Source: Candidatus Zixiibacteriota bacterium
GTDB taxonomy: Bacteria; Zixibacteria; MSB-5A5; GN15; FEB-12
Assembly (NCBI GenBank): GCA_022571985.1
Contig: JACZWU010000010.1
Location: forward strand, 4,322 to 68,321
Direction of reading: 5' to 3'
DNA length: 64,000 nt
The notes under the pieces were generated by a model that did not search any database, had not been told where the DNA came from, and saw only the letters and a program-made list of their open reading frames with translations. Both the position numbers and the translations under genes were made by a program. How positions within the stretch are numbered: position 1 is the first letter of the stretch; the number at the start of each line of letters is the position of its first letter. Shown here piece after piece: positions 63,907 through 64,000 of this stretch.

Positions 63907-64000
63907 AATTAAATTCTCTCCAGTCGATTCAGTGACTTTTCAAAAATACTATTTTGAATACAGACGACAATGTTTAAATGTTTATATGACTTACCAACAG

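Overview
64 kb from a diderm (Gram-negative-type) bacterium with moderately low GC. All calls come from reading the supplied ORF translations and the DNA by eye. No database search was run, so family names are motif-level recognitions. Layout: (i) 1-11.1 kb is a mixed envelope and stress region with a TonB-like protein, a split beta-barrel OMP, an ECF sigma/anti-sigma operon, a VOC enzyme, an SGNH hydrolase, a BaiN-like flavoprotein and lipoproteins. (ii) 11.1-15.1 kb holds acs and a metallophosphoesterase, bracketed by two partial copies of the 3' end of tRNA-Gln, and may be a decayed older island. (iii) 15.15-47.55 kb is a ~32.4 kb mosaic genomic island inserted at the 3' end of tRNA-Gln(CUG) (47550-47623, minus strand), with a tyrosine integrase and excisionase next to the tRNA. 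Its cargo is an alpha/beta hydrolase, an HME-RND metal efflux operon (TolC-like, a double-length fused adaptor, CusA/CzcA-type pump) with His/Cys-rich accessory proteins, a truncated tRNA-Asn relic, a Type I R-M system with two hsdS genes, and two gene blocks I cannot assign to any described system. (iv) 47.6-64 kb is ordinary core: thiamine pyrophosphokinase, rpe, queG, rocD, rodA-mrdA-mreD-mreC, PTS-IIA, a Trm112-like mini-protein, accA and a lipid-linked glycosylation cluster. The first unassigned block (26.6-32.3 kb) is the best candidate for an undescribed system. It encodes a DHODH-like TIM barrel fused to a cytoplasmic PBP-like domain, a CCA-adding/poly(A)-polymerase-type nucleotidyltransferase, a second protein with a paralogous PBP-like domain, and small coiled-coil proteins. 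The second block (39.4-43.0 kb) is a 917-aa helical-repeat protein coupled to a 268-aa protein with an RNxxxH (HEPN-like) motif. Other structural signals are tandem att repeats with homologous arms, an 11-bp-phased TGTGCCAA motif at module boundaries, a conserved 50-bp promoter/operator motif used twice, a 19-bp tandem duplication in a split OMP gene, and an 88-bp tandem triplication over the start of the Trm112-like gene.
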